Shown here piece after piece: positions 63,631 to 64,000 of a stretch of DNA of 64,000 nt. A model generated the notes under the pieces. That model did no database searches and was not told the origin of the DNA. It saw nothing but the letters and a program-made list of their open reading frames with translations. Position 1 is the first letter of the stretch. The number at the start of each line of letters is the position of its first letter. This DNA is from Eledone cirrhosa (lineage: Eukaryota), in the NCBI GenBank assembly GCA_964016885.1, contig OZ024743.1, forward strand, positions 377,828,001 to 377,892,000. Direction: 5' to 3'. Both the position numbers and the translations under genes were made by a program.

Positions 63631-64000
63631 TAATAATAATGATAAATAAAAAATAAAATAAAAACTGTAATATGTTCAGCCCCGAAAAATGTACAACTCC
63701 TAGAACCTCAGTGGAACAGTATCAGAAAATACGATTGAAAATATTTCTCTGAATACAACAGACAAGACTGACAAATGATTGAATCATATTTCACAGAAAA
63801 GACAATTCATTGTAAATGCTAATAACTGCATCCTGTTATTTAACTGCTGTCAAACAACATAGTATCAGATTTTTTATTCATTAATTCAAATAAAAGGAAT
63901 GTACTAAAATTACTGTTATAAAACTCAATAATTTAAGCAATTCTGATCATAAACATACACACATATATACATATACACATATATATGTATATGCCCGTAC

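Overview
Eukaryotic, AT-rich and repeat-dense DNA. The SINE, RTE and C2H2-ZNF repertoire suggests a cephalopod, probably Octopus (inference). Bases 1-11990 are a 22-bp satellite that ends ~40 bp before an exon of a PAP2/phospholipid-phosphatase gene. That gene's last four coding exons (12031-18449, +) splice in frame and carry all three catalytic motifs. The rest of the window is mostly transposon debris (CR1, RTE with a PHD finger inside the RT, Tx1, Gypsy, Tigger, MITEs, Nin-domain SINEs) plus an intronless 11-finger C2H2 gene. Four less obvious features stand out. (1) A tandem 466-bp, highly structured repeat carries canonical type I hammerhead ribozymes (retrozyme-like) and is fused head-to-head to a Penelope GIY-YIG element inside one (TA)n tract. 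(2) Several further hammerheads lie in Penelope-type repeats. (3) A decayed endogenous parvovirus (VP1 PLA2, capsid N-terminus, NS1 SF3 helicase, in permuted order) occupies 47.1-49.0 kb. (4) A Gypsy element has its gag region replaced by a ~207-bp fold-back of the protease. All calls were made by eye, without database searches.
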